From a virus (lineage: Duplodnaviria > Caudoviricetes): a DNA stretch of 64,000 bases. Positions 1 to 8,633 of the stretch are shown in pieces. Under the pieces are notes generated by a model that was given only the letters and a program-made list of their open reading frames with translations, ran no database searches and had not been told where the DNA came from. The position numbers were made by a program, and so were the translations under genes. Position 1 is the first letter of the stretch. The number at the start of each line of letters is the position of its first letter. The stretch lies in IMG/VR virus record IMGVR_UViG_3300042268_000564; one strand, given 5' to 3'.

Positions 1-252
1 ACAACCGACAAGTTTTCGTCGATATTGATGTGCCACATTGTAAGCAATTTTTTCAAATTGAGATAAATCTACAGCTTCGAAACTTGCTCGGCGTCCAATA
101 CGTTTTCCACTTACTTCAGACATCCTTGTTAGGCCTACGCTAACTGCTGCTTTGAGTTCTTTCAGAGCGTTATTGTTTTTTAATTCCTCTTTTTGCTCAA
201 ACCCGGCCATTCTATTTATCGCATCAAAAACCCGTCTTTTTAATTCCTTCAA
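1..252 (-). CDS. Partial ORF running off the left edge; hypothetical, weak resemblance to the start of a sigma-70 region 2
   Basis: Open frame from TTG at 252 (GGAG upstream) to position 1: MKELKRRVF...LSQFEKIAYNVAHQYRRKLVGC. Not in the ORF track because it is truncated. Confidence 0.45.
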   Translation of the reverse strand, partial: MKELKRRVFDAINRMAGFEQKEELKNNNALKELKAAVSVGLTRMSEVSGKRIGRRASFEAVDLSQFEKIAYNVAHQYRRKLVGC

Positions 253-627
253 AATGACACTCCGTATTTTATTATTGGTTTGGCTGCGGCAACTGTGTTA
301 TTTTTTACACATAAAATTGTATTTTTACATTGTGGTAAAAAATAACACATTCATTGAATTTGATTGTTTAATCATAATGACAGATAAAGAAAAAGTCAAC
401 TATCTAAAAAACTTTTTTATTTTGACTTAACACATGCTGCTGTTGATGAGGACAAGCGAGATAAAATAATACTTGTTCCTATACATTATATTTTGTGCAC
501 GGCAACAAAGTGCGAAATATTTACTACTTAAGCTGATATTTGAAAATAAATATTTCTTTTGGTGGTAATATATTTGATAAGTGAAGTCCCATATTTGGTG
601 GGCAGAAATCTTAAAGGAGGCTTTTTT

Positions 628-1446
628 ATGTTAATAAAAAGCTATGAAATGCAGGTTTTGGTTAATGGGAAGCAAGTAAAAGAGTACTCACATAATGGAA
701 ACACCTTTATTGAAGGTAAGCGTGGCAGTGACTTTGAAATTTTACTGCGCAATAATACGCATCGTAGGGTCATGGCTGTATTGTCTGTAGATGGGAAAGA
801 TGTAACTACTGGCGAAGACTGCGACCCTGAAAATAGTGGCGGCTATGTAATTCCTGCCTTTGCACATATTAAAATCCCCGGCTGGCGGCTGAATGAAAAC
901 GAAGTGGCAAAATTCGTATATGATAGTCCCGATAATTCATACGCTGCTACTCAAGCAAACGGCAATGACGAACTTAATCTTGGCGTGATTGGTTGTGTGA
1001 TATTTCAGGAAAAAGAGTTACAGTTGTGGAATGGGAACAATGGATGGATTTGGAATGATTGCATCGCTAAAGATACAATTCCTACTCGCACAGGTGGCAC
1101 AAGCGATTTGCCGAGACCTTTTGAGGTTTGGTATGGAAGCAGTGCTGCAAATAGTAATTATGAATCGCAAACAGTGTCAGCAACATATAATGTGAATAAT
1201 TGCAGTTTGTCATCAGGAAGTCAGATTGGAACAGGTTTCGGCAGCAAAAGCAATCATGCTGTTACCTTTACATCTTTCAACAAAGAAACTACTCCTGATG
1301 CTTCCTTAGTTATTTATTACGACACAAGAGATGGATTGAAGGCAAGAGGGGTTCCACTGGCTCCACTTGTTGCTGTAGTTCCAAATCCATTTCCTGCTGC
1401 GAAATCAAAAAACATGTGCACGCCGCCTAAAGGTTGGAAAGGATAA
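628..1446 (+). CDS. Conserved hypothetical protein
   Basis: AAGGAGG then ATG at 628; long ORF followed by a terminator. Confidence 0.8.
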   Translation: MLIKSYEMQVLVNGKQVKEYSHNGNTFIEGKRGSDFEILLRNNTHRRVMAVLSVDGKDVTTGEDCDPENSGGYVIPAFAHIKIPGWRLNENEVAKFVYDSPDNSYAATQANGNDELNLGVIGCVIFQEKELQLWNGNNGWIWNDCIAKDTIPTRTGGTSDLPRPFEVWYGSSAANSNYESQTVSATYNVNNCSLSSGSQIGTGFGSKSNHAVTFTSFNKETTPDASLVIYYDTRDGLKARGVPLAPLVAVVPNPFPAAKSKNMCTPPKGWKG

Positions 1447-1460
1447 TATGTAGCAATCGT

Positions 1461-1490
1461 AAAAAGGCACGTAAATTACGTGCCTTTTTT
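1461..1490. terminator. Intrinsic terminator, bidirectional form
   Basis: aaaaaggcacgtaa-a-ttacgtgcctttttt. Confidence 0.8.
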
Positions 1491-1536
1491 GCACTCTGCC
1501 TTTTTGAAAGTATCTTGTAAATGAGGTGGAGGGTAT

Positions 1537-1737
1537 GTGATGGAAATAGAAATGGCTGTTAAGAGCTTGGTGAAAACTTATGGTGGTGAAGAATGGTTTA
1601 TTGGCGTGCGTATCCCTTACGAGGAAGATTTGATTATAATGTATGTCACTTGCACGCCAGACATATTAAGTCTGCCTGCGGCGTGGAAAAAATACTCACT
1701 GCATGTGATGCAAAAAAATCGAAAGAATGTTGCATAA
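1537..1737 (+). CDS. Hypothetical protein
   Basis: GGAGG RBS; overlaps the next gene. Confidence 0.6.
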   Translation: MMEIEMAVKSLVKTYGGEEWFIGVRIPYEEDLIIMYVTCTPDILSLPAAWKKYSLHVMQKNRKNVA

Positions 1738-2278
1738 TGACAAAAAAATAATATATGCAGGGATTGGCTCTCGTGAAACCCCTGCTGATATATTGAAATT
1801 AATGCAAGACCTTGCTGAGAAATTGGCGAGGTCTAATTGCATTTTAAGAAGCGGCGGAGCTGATGGAGCAGATACTGCATTCGAACAGGGCTGCGACCTT
1901 GCTAATGGACAAAAAGAAATCTATCTTCCTTGGCGAGGGTTTAATAATAACAAGTCGCAGTTATTCGACCCATCAAATACTGCCTATAAAATTGCTTCCG
2001 AAACACACCCCGGATTCACATATCTTAAATCTCCTGCCAAACTTTTAATGGCAAGGAACACTCACCAAATATTAGGGGAATATTGCGATACCCCTGTAGA
2101 CCTGATTTTGTGCTGGACACCTGATGGTGCGACTACAAAAACATCAAGCAAAACAGGTGGAACTGGTCAAGCTCTAAGATTGGCAGCTAAGTATAATATA
2201 CCTATCTATAATCTTCAGATAGTTGCAGTAAGAAAGGCTTGGCAGAACTGGCTTGAAAATATATCTTCACCCGAATAG
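1727..2278 (+). CDS. DprA/SMF-like (SLOG Rossmann-fold) protein
   Basis: YAGIGSRETP, LRSGGADGADTAFE and GGTGQA motifs. Confidence 0.8.
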   Translation: MLHNDKKIIYAGIGSRETPADILKLMQDLAEKLARSNCILRSGGADGADTAFEQGCDLANGQKEIYLPWRGFNNNKSQLFDPSNTAYKIASETHPGFTYLKSPAKLLMARNTHQILGEYCDTPVDLILCWTPDGATTKTSSKTGGTGQALRLAAKYNIPIYNLQIVAVRKAWQNWLENISSPE

Positions 2279-2729
2279 AATCAAAAAAGTCGCAAGAGCA
2301 GCAGTCCACGCAGCGGTGAGGGCAAAAACGATAAAACGTGCATGTCGTTGTGAAATCTGTCAATATTCTATTCGACAATTGTTAATAGAGCGAGATTCAT
2401 TTGCTGACAGATTCACCCAGCCGTCAAGGCAAAGATTCCCATTGGCTGCTCATCATCACAATTATTACAAACCTTACAATGTGTGGTGGCTTTGCGACTT
2501 CTGTCACATGACCCTGCATCGTGCGCAAGAGGAATTTAATTTTATATGCCTTACTCTTGAACACGCAAAAACTACGGTTGGAAATTATAGTGCTTGGCGC
2601 AACAAAGATGGTTATCAAGGCTACATCAATAAAGAGATAGAATGGGCACGTAAAGAACTGGAAATACTTGAAAGACGAAAGCAGAGATTGCAGGTTTACT
2701 TATCGAGATTAACCAATGAAAGTTTGTAA
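2253..2729 (+). CDS. HNH-like zinc-binding protein
   Basis: CEIC...HHHNYYKPYNVWWLCDFCH. Confidence 0.6.
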   Translation: MKIYLHPNRIKKVARAAVHAAVRAKTIKRACRCEICQYSIRQLLIERDSFADRFTQPSRQRFPLAAHHHNYYKPYNVWWLCDFCHMTLHRAQEEFNFICLTLEHAKTTVGNYSAWRNKDGYQGYINKEIEWARKELEILERRKQRLQVYLSRLTNESL

Positions 2730-3142
2730 TCTAAGAATTTGTCCCACACTCTTAAACAAAATTCCAAAGTAGGTTGAGCACCCACATCTATCCCTGTTGC
2801 AGGCGACTTGATTAAATTTGCATATACCATTGTAATAAGGACGAGTTGATGAGTCCATAAGCCACCAGCTCTTATTGTCGGCATCGGATGTTTTCTTAGT
2901 CTAATGCTTATATAATCCTCTTGTGTCCCTAGTGCCAGCAGGTGGGTTCTTTTGGTGTTTTTAATATTAAGAGCCTTGTTGGATTGTCTGACTCTGATAA
3001 AGAAAAAGGGGATGTTTAATTTCCGCAGGTCACGTTTAATTCTGGCAATAGGGAAAAAGACAGTGTGGTTCCGTCCCTGTATCCATTTTGAGAATAAATG
3101 AATCTGCTCATTTGTCCATGCTTTTGCATCTGTCGGTATCAT
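2696..3142 (-). CDS. Hypothetical protein
   Basis: 148-aa ORF filling the gap. Confidence 0.5.
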   Translation of the reverse strand: MIPTDAKAWTNEQIHLFSKWIQGRNHTVFFPIARIKRDLRKLNIPFFFIRVRQSNKALNIKNTKRTHLLALGTQEDYISIRLRKHPMPTIRAGGLWTHQLVLITMVYANLIKSPATGIDVGAQPTLEFCLRVWDKFLDYKLSLVNLDK

Positions 3143-3176
3143 AAAGTTAAGACTCTTATTAAAGGTATACCATTAT

Positions 3177-4022
3177 ATGATACTTGATTCTTTGCATCTC
3201 AAATCATGCTTTGACGGCATGACTGAAATAGATAACGATAGTGTTGATTTAATCATGACCTCACCACCTTATCCAGAGGGGATGAGGGATTATGAAATTG
3301 ACTGCTCCCCACCACCTGATGATTATGCAACTTGGATTACTCCTTTTCTTAAAGGTGCCCGTAGAGTATTAAAGCAAAGCGGTTCTATGGTGTTGGTTTT
3401 GATGGATAAAATTGTTGACGGTGAAATCCATCCATATATTGACGACCTGAAAAGAAAATGTCGTGAGCTTGGCTTTGCTTTGATTGACGATATAATTTGG
3501 TATAAATCGAATAGTTTGCCAATAGGCGACTACGAAAAAAGACCTTTGCGCAGATATGAACATTGTCTATGGTTCGTTAAAAATGTGAAAACATATAAGT
3601 GGAACGGTGATATGATACGGCAAGAATATTCTGAAGCCACAATAAAAAGATATAGCCCCGGCGACATGCGCACATTGCACAAGCGTTCTGGTGGGCAAGC
3701 AAATCAGACATGGGTTGGCGTAAAACCTAACAAAAAGGGTGCCGCTGGTGGCAATGTTATATATGGTGCAAGATTTTGTGGACGAGACCCCGGACATCCT
3801 GCAAAATATCCTGATTATTTGCCTGAATGGTTTATCAAAACAATGACTTACGTCGATGACGTGGTGCTTGACCCATTTGCTGGCTCAGGAACAACATTAA
3901 TGGTGGCGAAGCAAAACGGACGTAAATATGTTGGATATGAGATTGCACAGAAATATTACGATAGGGCTATGCAGGATTTAAACATGACATGGCGAGAATA
4001 TGACATGACGGAGGTCGTATGA
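3177..4022 (+). CDS. DNA amino-methyltransferase (N4-C/N6-A, beta class)
   Basis: TSPPY catalytic motif precedes DPFAGSGTT SAM-binding motif; HPAKYP. Confidence 0.9.
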   Translation: MILDSLHLKSCFDGMTEIDNDSVDLIMTSPPYPEGMRDYEIDCSPPPDDYATWITPFLKGARRVLKQSGSMVLVLMDKIVDGEIHPYIDDLKRKCRELGFALIDDIIWYKSNSLPIGDYEKRPLRRYEHCLWFVKNVKTYKWNGDMIRQEYSEATIKRYSPGDMRTLHKRSGGQANQTWVGVKPNKKGAAGGNVIYGARFCGRDPGHPAKYPDYLPEWFIKTMTYVDDVVLDPFAGSGTTLMVAKQNGRKYVGYEIAQKYYDRAMQDLNMTWREYDMTEVV

Positions 4023-4636
4023 GTGGGAATTTAATAGTTGTAACCGGTCCAATGTTCGCAGGAAAGACGACACGTCTTGCATCTTTCCTCGAAAAGAAAA
4101 AAATAGTTGTTTGCCATAAAACAGATGAAGCAGATGAAATAGTAATAAAACTTGAGAAATTTCAGGTATTTAACAATGAAAAAGATAGAAGCAGACGTGG
4201 TGATGAACCAGCAATAACAACTCATTCAAAGAAAAGATACCCCGCTCAGTGGTTAGGTGAACTTGAGATTGAACAAATGCTCAGGGAAGAATTATCGCAG
4301 CTTGATAATTGTGATTTGGTGATTATTGATGAAGTTCAGTTTTTTAGAAAACAAACTATAATCGCTTTTGTTGAAGAGCTGCAAAAGAATAATATTCATG
4401 TTTGCGTAGCAGGTCTTGCTCAGGACAGTTATGGGAAACCATTCGGTGCTATGGGTGAATTAATGGCAATGGCTGACAAGATTTACCTTGAAAAGGCAAA
4501 ATGTGACACTTGTGGTGCCCAAGCAACTAGAACACAAAGAACAGTGAATACAGAAGGCACTATTCTGGTGGGTGGTGAGAATATGTTTTCACCGAGATGT
4601 ACTGAACATTGGAGTGCAGTACCAGTTAATGGTTGA
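4019..4636 (+). CDS. tdk: Thymidine kinase
   Basis: GPMFAGKTT P-loop, IDEVQFF, zinc-binding CDTC...C. Confidence 0.92.
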   Translation: MSGNLIVVTGPMFAGKTTRLASFLEKKKIVVCHKTDEADEIVIKLEKFQVFNNEKDRSRRGDEPAITTHSKKRYPAQWLGELEIEQMLREELSQLDNCDLVIIDEVQFFRKQTIIAFVEELQKNNIHVCVAGLAQDSYGKPFGAMGELMAMADKIYLEKAKCDTCGAQATRTQRTVNTEGTILVGGENMFSPRCTEHWSAVPVNG

Positions 4637-4660
4637 CATTACAAAAGAACCTCATATAAT
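4633..4660 (+). promoter_or_regulatory. Sigma70-type promoter, near-leaderless
   Basis: TTGACA-N16-TATAAT, with ATG 5 nt later. Confidence 0.75.
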
Positions 4661-4665
4661 ACTGA

Positions 4666-5454
4666 ATGGACATGACCAGAAAAAATTCACCTGTAGACAT
4701 AGACATTTTCATGAATATGGCTCACCAGTCCACTGGTGGGCATCTTCGTGATTTGTTTTATTTCTTTTGTGTCGCAGATAAAGAACCATTCAGCTCTTAC
4801 TTGCCCGATTCCCCAAGAATCATCGTCACATCATCTGAAATGGGTGGCAGACCGATAAATACGAATTTTATTAATCAACCTGTAATTCCGATACTCGCAT
4901 CAAAAAGATATGCAAATAATTTTAGTGCGTGGCAATGGGATGAGCTGTGCTATACGGCATCTGCGAAACAGCGAGGTTATAAAGCCAAGTTCAAGCAACG
5001 AAAAGATTTGGACAAGCTTATCTTGATGGCTCATAAACATAAAAAGTTTTTCGACGAAGACTTCTCTATTTATAAACTCATTAATTACCCTCTAGTTTTT
5101 AAACTTATGGAAACATTTGTTTCCCAACTTGATGAGAGCGCAAAAATGCTGTTTTGTGACAAAGAGTCGCCTTTGCAGATATTAATGTCTGTTAAAAATT
5201 TTCTGAATCAAATTTGTAACGTGGCGAATGGAAATACAAGTGCAAGGGTGGATTATTTTTGTGAATCAAGATTTATGAGCTATTGTGTTTTTGGTGAGGT
5301 AAAAACAAAGTTCACTCATGATGAGCCAGCAAATTTTTACGATAAAAAAGCCCTTGATGATGCAATCTTGAAATTTAAGAGTAGTTTAAATGTTGCGGTT
5401 CAATCTGTTGCAATTGATGAAATAAACTTGTTGGATTCAGTGGGGTTGTTATGA
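4666..5454 (+). CDS. Hypothetical protein
   Basis: 262-aa ORF directly after a promoter. Confidence 0.7.
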   Translation: MDMTRKNSPVDIDIFMNMAHQSTGGHLRDLFYFFCVADKEPFSSYLPDSPRIIVTSSEMGGRPINTNFINQPVIPILASKRYANNFSAWQWDELCYTASAKQRGYKAKFKQRKDLDKLILMAHKHKKFFDEDFSIYKLINYPLVFKLMETFVSQLDESAKMLFCDKESPLQILMSVKNFLNQICNVANGNTSARVDYFCESRFMSYCVFGEVKTKFTHDEPANFYDKKALDDAILKFKSSLNVAVQSVAIDEINLLDSVGLL

Positions 5455-6119
5455 GCGGGGTTAACATTACAATGGTTGTGAGTAAGAAAGAGCTTGGTAT
5501 TAATATTAACGAGTTGAAGTCTAAGCTTGCGGTCTTCAGAAATGCCAGCGGGACGTCTTTTGCGAAAGAGGGTGAACTTAAAATATCTGCGAGGGTGAGA
5601 GCAGTCTATGGCAGCAATAAAAAGCCCTCGATAACCGTCCCTTCTTCGCCATATAATTTGCAAAAAATGGAAAAGTCTGTTTTGGTAGGGATACATAGCG
5701 ACTATGTATCTGGCCGAACAGTTGGCGACGACATAGTGTTTACTTTTCATGTGAATAAGCCTGTCGATGGGCTTTCTTTTATATACGACTTTTTCTTAAA
5801 GTTGGACAAATACCCATTACAGCACGCCGTTTGGTATAGCCCTGAGAAATTTTTAATTAATTTTGACGACCTTCCCTCAAACCTTAAAATAGGCGTCGAT
5901 GGTCATTCTTTACGAAGAGTATTGCTTCCCTCAAAATTTGGCACATTAAAGGCAAATTGGACAAAAATGTCTTTCTTACTCTCTGCCACTTACGGGATTG
6001 ATATTGCGTCTAAAGCTGAAATGCAAGCATTTTATAATGTGCCAGCAGTGAATGCTGTGAGCTTTGCAGAAGCCAGCGTAAAAAAAGCAAAAGACAAAAT
6101 AATCCTTCCTACTTTTTAA
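5451..6119 (+). CDS. Hypothetical protein
   Basis: ATGA overlap with the upstream gene. Confidence 0.7.
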   Translation: MSGVNITMVVSKKELGININELKSKLAVFRNASGTSFAKEGELKISARVRAVYGSNKKPSITVPSSPYNLQKMEKSVLVGIHSDYVSGRTVGDDIVFTFHVNKPVDGLSFIYDFFLKLDKYPLQHAVWYSPEKFLINFDDLPSNLKIGVDGHSLRRVLLPSKFGTLKANWTKMSFLLSATYGIDIASKAEMQAFYNVPAVNAVSFAEASVKKAKDKIILPTF

Positions 6120-6159
6120 AAAGTATTAATCAGACTAAACCTGATGGGAGGGATGGCTT

Positions 6160-6750
6160 TTGATTTATGGTGGAAGCAGAATTTTTAAAGTTATAGGCAA
6201 TCAATACGTCTTACATCGAAAGAAAATGATTCATAGTTGTTTCATTGCAGACGGTGTTGTTATTCCAGAACAGCCAAAAGGAAAACTTAAGTTGCTTTTT
6301 CAGACTGTTGACAATATTATTGAGTTTCTTCCGCCATTGCAAAATGTCGACGAAGTGAAGGCTTTCTTGGGAAATCTTATAACTAATATCGGGATATCTA
6401 AAAGAACAGGGAAAACATTTTACACGTCGCAAGCAGGCTGTAAGTCCCCTAAAGGTGACGATGTTGATTGGTATATAGACCAATGGTTGTTACGAGTAGA
6501 AAAAGTTTTTAATGAGCCTGACACGCAACCACTATGGGAACTTTTATTAGACCTTGAAATAATTGCTCCTGCTAACAATATGAATAGTACTGTCGCACAG
6601 CTCACATGGGCTGCTATCAGACATGGATGTGGCAAGCCTGTAGCCTTTATCCCTATAAACGAAATTCTCACTTATAGAGACCTCGTTAAGTCTCGCAGGA
6701 ACGAACAAGAAGCACACTTTAATTTTAAACAAAAAATGCTTGACAATTAA
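6160..6750 (+). CDS. Hypothetical protein
   Basis: GGAGGG RBS; TTG start. Confidence 0.65.
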   Translation: MIYGGSRIFKVIGNQYVLHRKKMIHSCFIADGVVIPEQPKGKLKLLFQTVDNIIEFLPPLQNVDEVKAFLGNLITNIGISKRTGKTFYTSQAGCKSPKGDDVDWYIDQWLLRVEKVFNEPDTQPLWELLLDLEIIAPANNMNSTVAQLTWAAIRHGCGKPVAFIPINEILTYRDLVKSRRNEQEAHFNFKQKMLDN

Positions 6751-6767
6751 CATCTCTCATTTATAAT
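6740..6767 (+). promoter_or_regulatory. Sigma70-type promoter
   Basis: TTGACA-N16-TATAAT. Confidence 0.75.
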
Positions 6768-6807
6768 AAGCGCAAGAGATATAAATTAATTTTTGGAGCT
6801 TATTATT

Positions 6808-8526
6808 ATGATAACTGCCAGCCAAGGGCAAATTGCTGAAATCAAGATTGGTGACACCCAACAAATATGGCGCATGTTGGGTCCTTCTTTATATTCAATG
6901 CGCCCCTTGTTCCCTATCACTATTAGGGAAATGTTTCAAAATTCAGTGGACGCACAAAAGGCAAAGGGTGTTGAAAACCCTGTGGATTTTAGAATCGTGC
7001 AGGATAAAGACGGCAACTTAACAGTAACTTGTGAAGATGCTGGTGTTGGGATGACAGAAGATATAATCCTAAACAAATTTCTTGCAATCGGTGGCAGCGA
7101 AAAAGGCAGTGACAAGGCTACTGGTGGATTTGGAATAGCAAAAGCATCTATTATCGGTGCCTGTGCTGGATGGTCGCTTTATACCAAGAAATCATATTTG
7201 GATTCAGGTATGATTGGGAAGTGTCCTGTGGCACAGGTTTCTGAGGAAGTTGATGGATGCAAGATTGTTCTTAACTATAATTTTAATGAGGAAAATCTTG
7301 GGCTGAAATTCACATATGGGATGTTGGACAATGCAATGGCATATCTTGCCACATCACAATATCCAGCCAGAGTATATATTGAAAAAAATGGTAAGAGTAG
7401 CAGCACGGACTTACATGGCTACGCACCAAATGAAAAGATGCATATTGCAACTATAAGTAATAATGCTTATAAGGCAAAATTGTACCTCGCACCACAAATC
7501 AAATACTCTTATTTCAGTGCCTATTTTTGCGATTTGCAATGGGATGGATATAACAACAACGTAAGCCTTGAGGGTAAAATTATTTACCGCTTGAATGGCT
7601 TGACACAGTTTATTACTTGGGGTGGTGATTGTAAGTTTAATGTTCTGGTTGACATTGAAAGCTATGTTAAACCTACTGACAGTGAATACCCATTTTCTGC
7701 ATCAAGAGAGACGGCAAAGGCAGACTTGCGAAATCTGGTAGAAGAAAAAACAAAGAATTTTTTCAAGAACCCAGTGACCACACAGCAGCTCATCGGCAAT
7801 ATTGAAAATAATGTTGCAGAGCAGAAGGTGCAATATTATGATGGCGAACTTGTCCAGACGGCAATTTTTACCAGTGCTGCATTACAAGTAGCCGATGATG
7901 CACCTGTAGCTGCCACAATAGCAAAAACTGATGTAGAAGTGACCATAGATGAGATAGAGGAACAGGTCGCAACATTGCCAGAGCTGGACGCAACTTTTGT
8001 AATAAGAAAGAAAATGCCTGAAAAATTGGTCGCAGAAAATACAGGTTTTGGACGAACGGCAGTGCAATTCTCTAATGAAGAAACTACCATTTCTCCTGTG
8101 GCGTGGAAGATGTGCATTAAATATCGTGATGCAAGCGTCTTAAAAAAGCTGGTGCAGAAAAAATATGCAAAAATTCTGCGTGTTTGGACAGAATTAATGC
8201 AAAAACTTATGGAAGCCAACCCTGCAATTGCTCATTCTTTTGCGATTGGATTTATAACAAATGAACATAGGTTTGCTGAAAGATTCGACGATTATAAAAA
8301 TAATACAGTGTATTATCTGATTGACCCAACAACGATTAAAATTTCAGGTGGGCTTGATACGGTTTTGCAGATGCTCCAGTATGCAGCGCACGAGTTGGCG
8401 CATTCAAAGTTTTATTCTCATGATGAGAATTTTACCTGCGAGTATCATAGAGTATGGGACAATTTTATGCAAAAATTTGGCACAAAAACTTTGCGACAAA
8501 TAGCTAAGGTTTTTAAAGCAAAATAA
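6808..8526 (+). CDS. GHKL (Hsp90/MORC-like) ATPase with C-terminal HExxH motif
   Basis: REMFQNSVDA, EDAGVGM and GGFGIA; C-terminal HELAH...HDENF. Confidence 0.8.
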   Translation: MITASQGQIAEIKIGDTQQIWRMLGPSLYSMRPLFPITIREMFQNSVDAQKAKGVENPVDFRIVQDKDGNLTVTCEDAGVGMTEDIILNKFLAIGGSEKGSDKATGGFGIAKASIIGACAGWSLYTKKSYLDSGMIGKCPVAQVSEEVDGCKIVLNYNFNEENLGLKFTYGMLDNAMAYLATSQYPARVYIEKNGKSSSTDLHGYAPNEKMHIATISNNAYKAKLYLAPQIKYSYFSAYFCDLQWDGYNNNVSLEGKIIYRLNGLTQFITWGGDCKFNVLVDIESYVKPTDSEYPFSASRETAKADLRNLVEEKTKNFFKNPVTTQQLIGNIENNVAEQKVQYYDGELVQTAIFTSAALQVADDAPVAATIAKTDVEVTIDEIEEQVATLPELDATFVIRKKMPEKLVAENTGFGRTAVQFSNEETTISPVAWKMCIKYRDASVLKKLVQKKYAKILRVWTELMQKLMEANPAIAHSFAIGFITNEHRFAERFDDYKNNTVYYLIDPTTIKISGGLDTVLQMLQYAAHELAHSKFYSHDENFTCEYHRVWDNFMQKFGTKTLRQIAKVFKAK

Positions 8527-8633
8527 TTTTTACGGCTCCAAAAATAATGTTTTAACGCTGGCTTGCTTGCCAGCGTTCTTTTTCTGCCTCAGATAAAGTA
8601 TTGAATAGATACTTATTTTTAGGAGGTAATATT

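Noticed and set aside
152-430. 92-aa plus-strand ORF
   Set aside because: Overlaps the minus-strand partial gene and AT-rich promoter DNA; no RBS.
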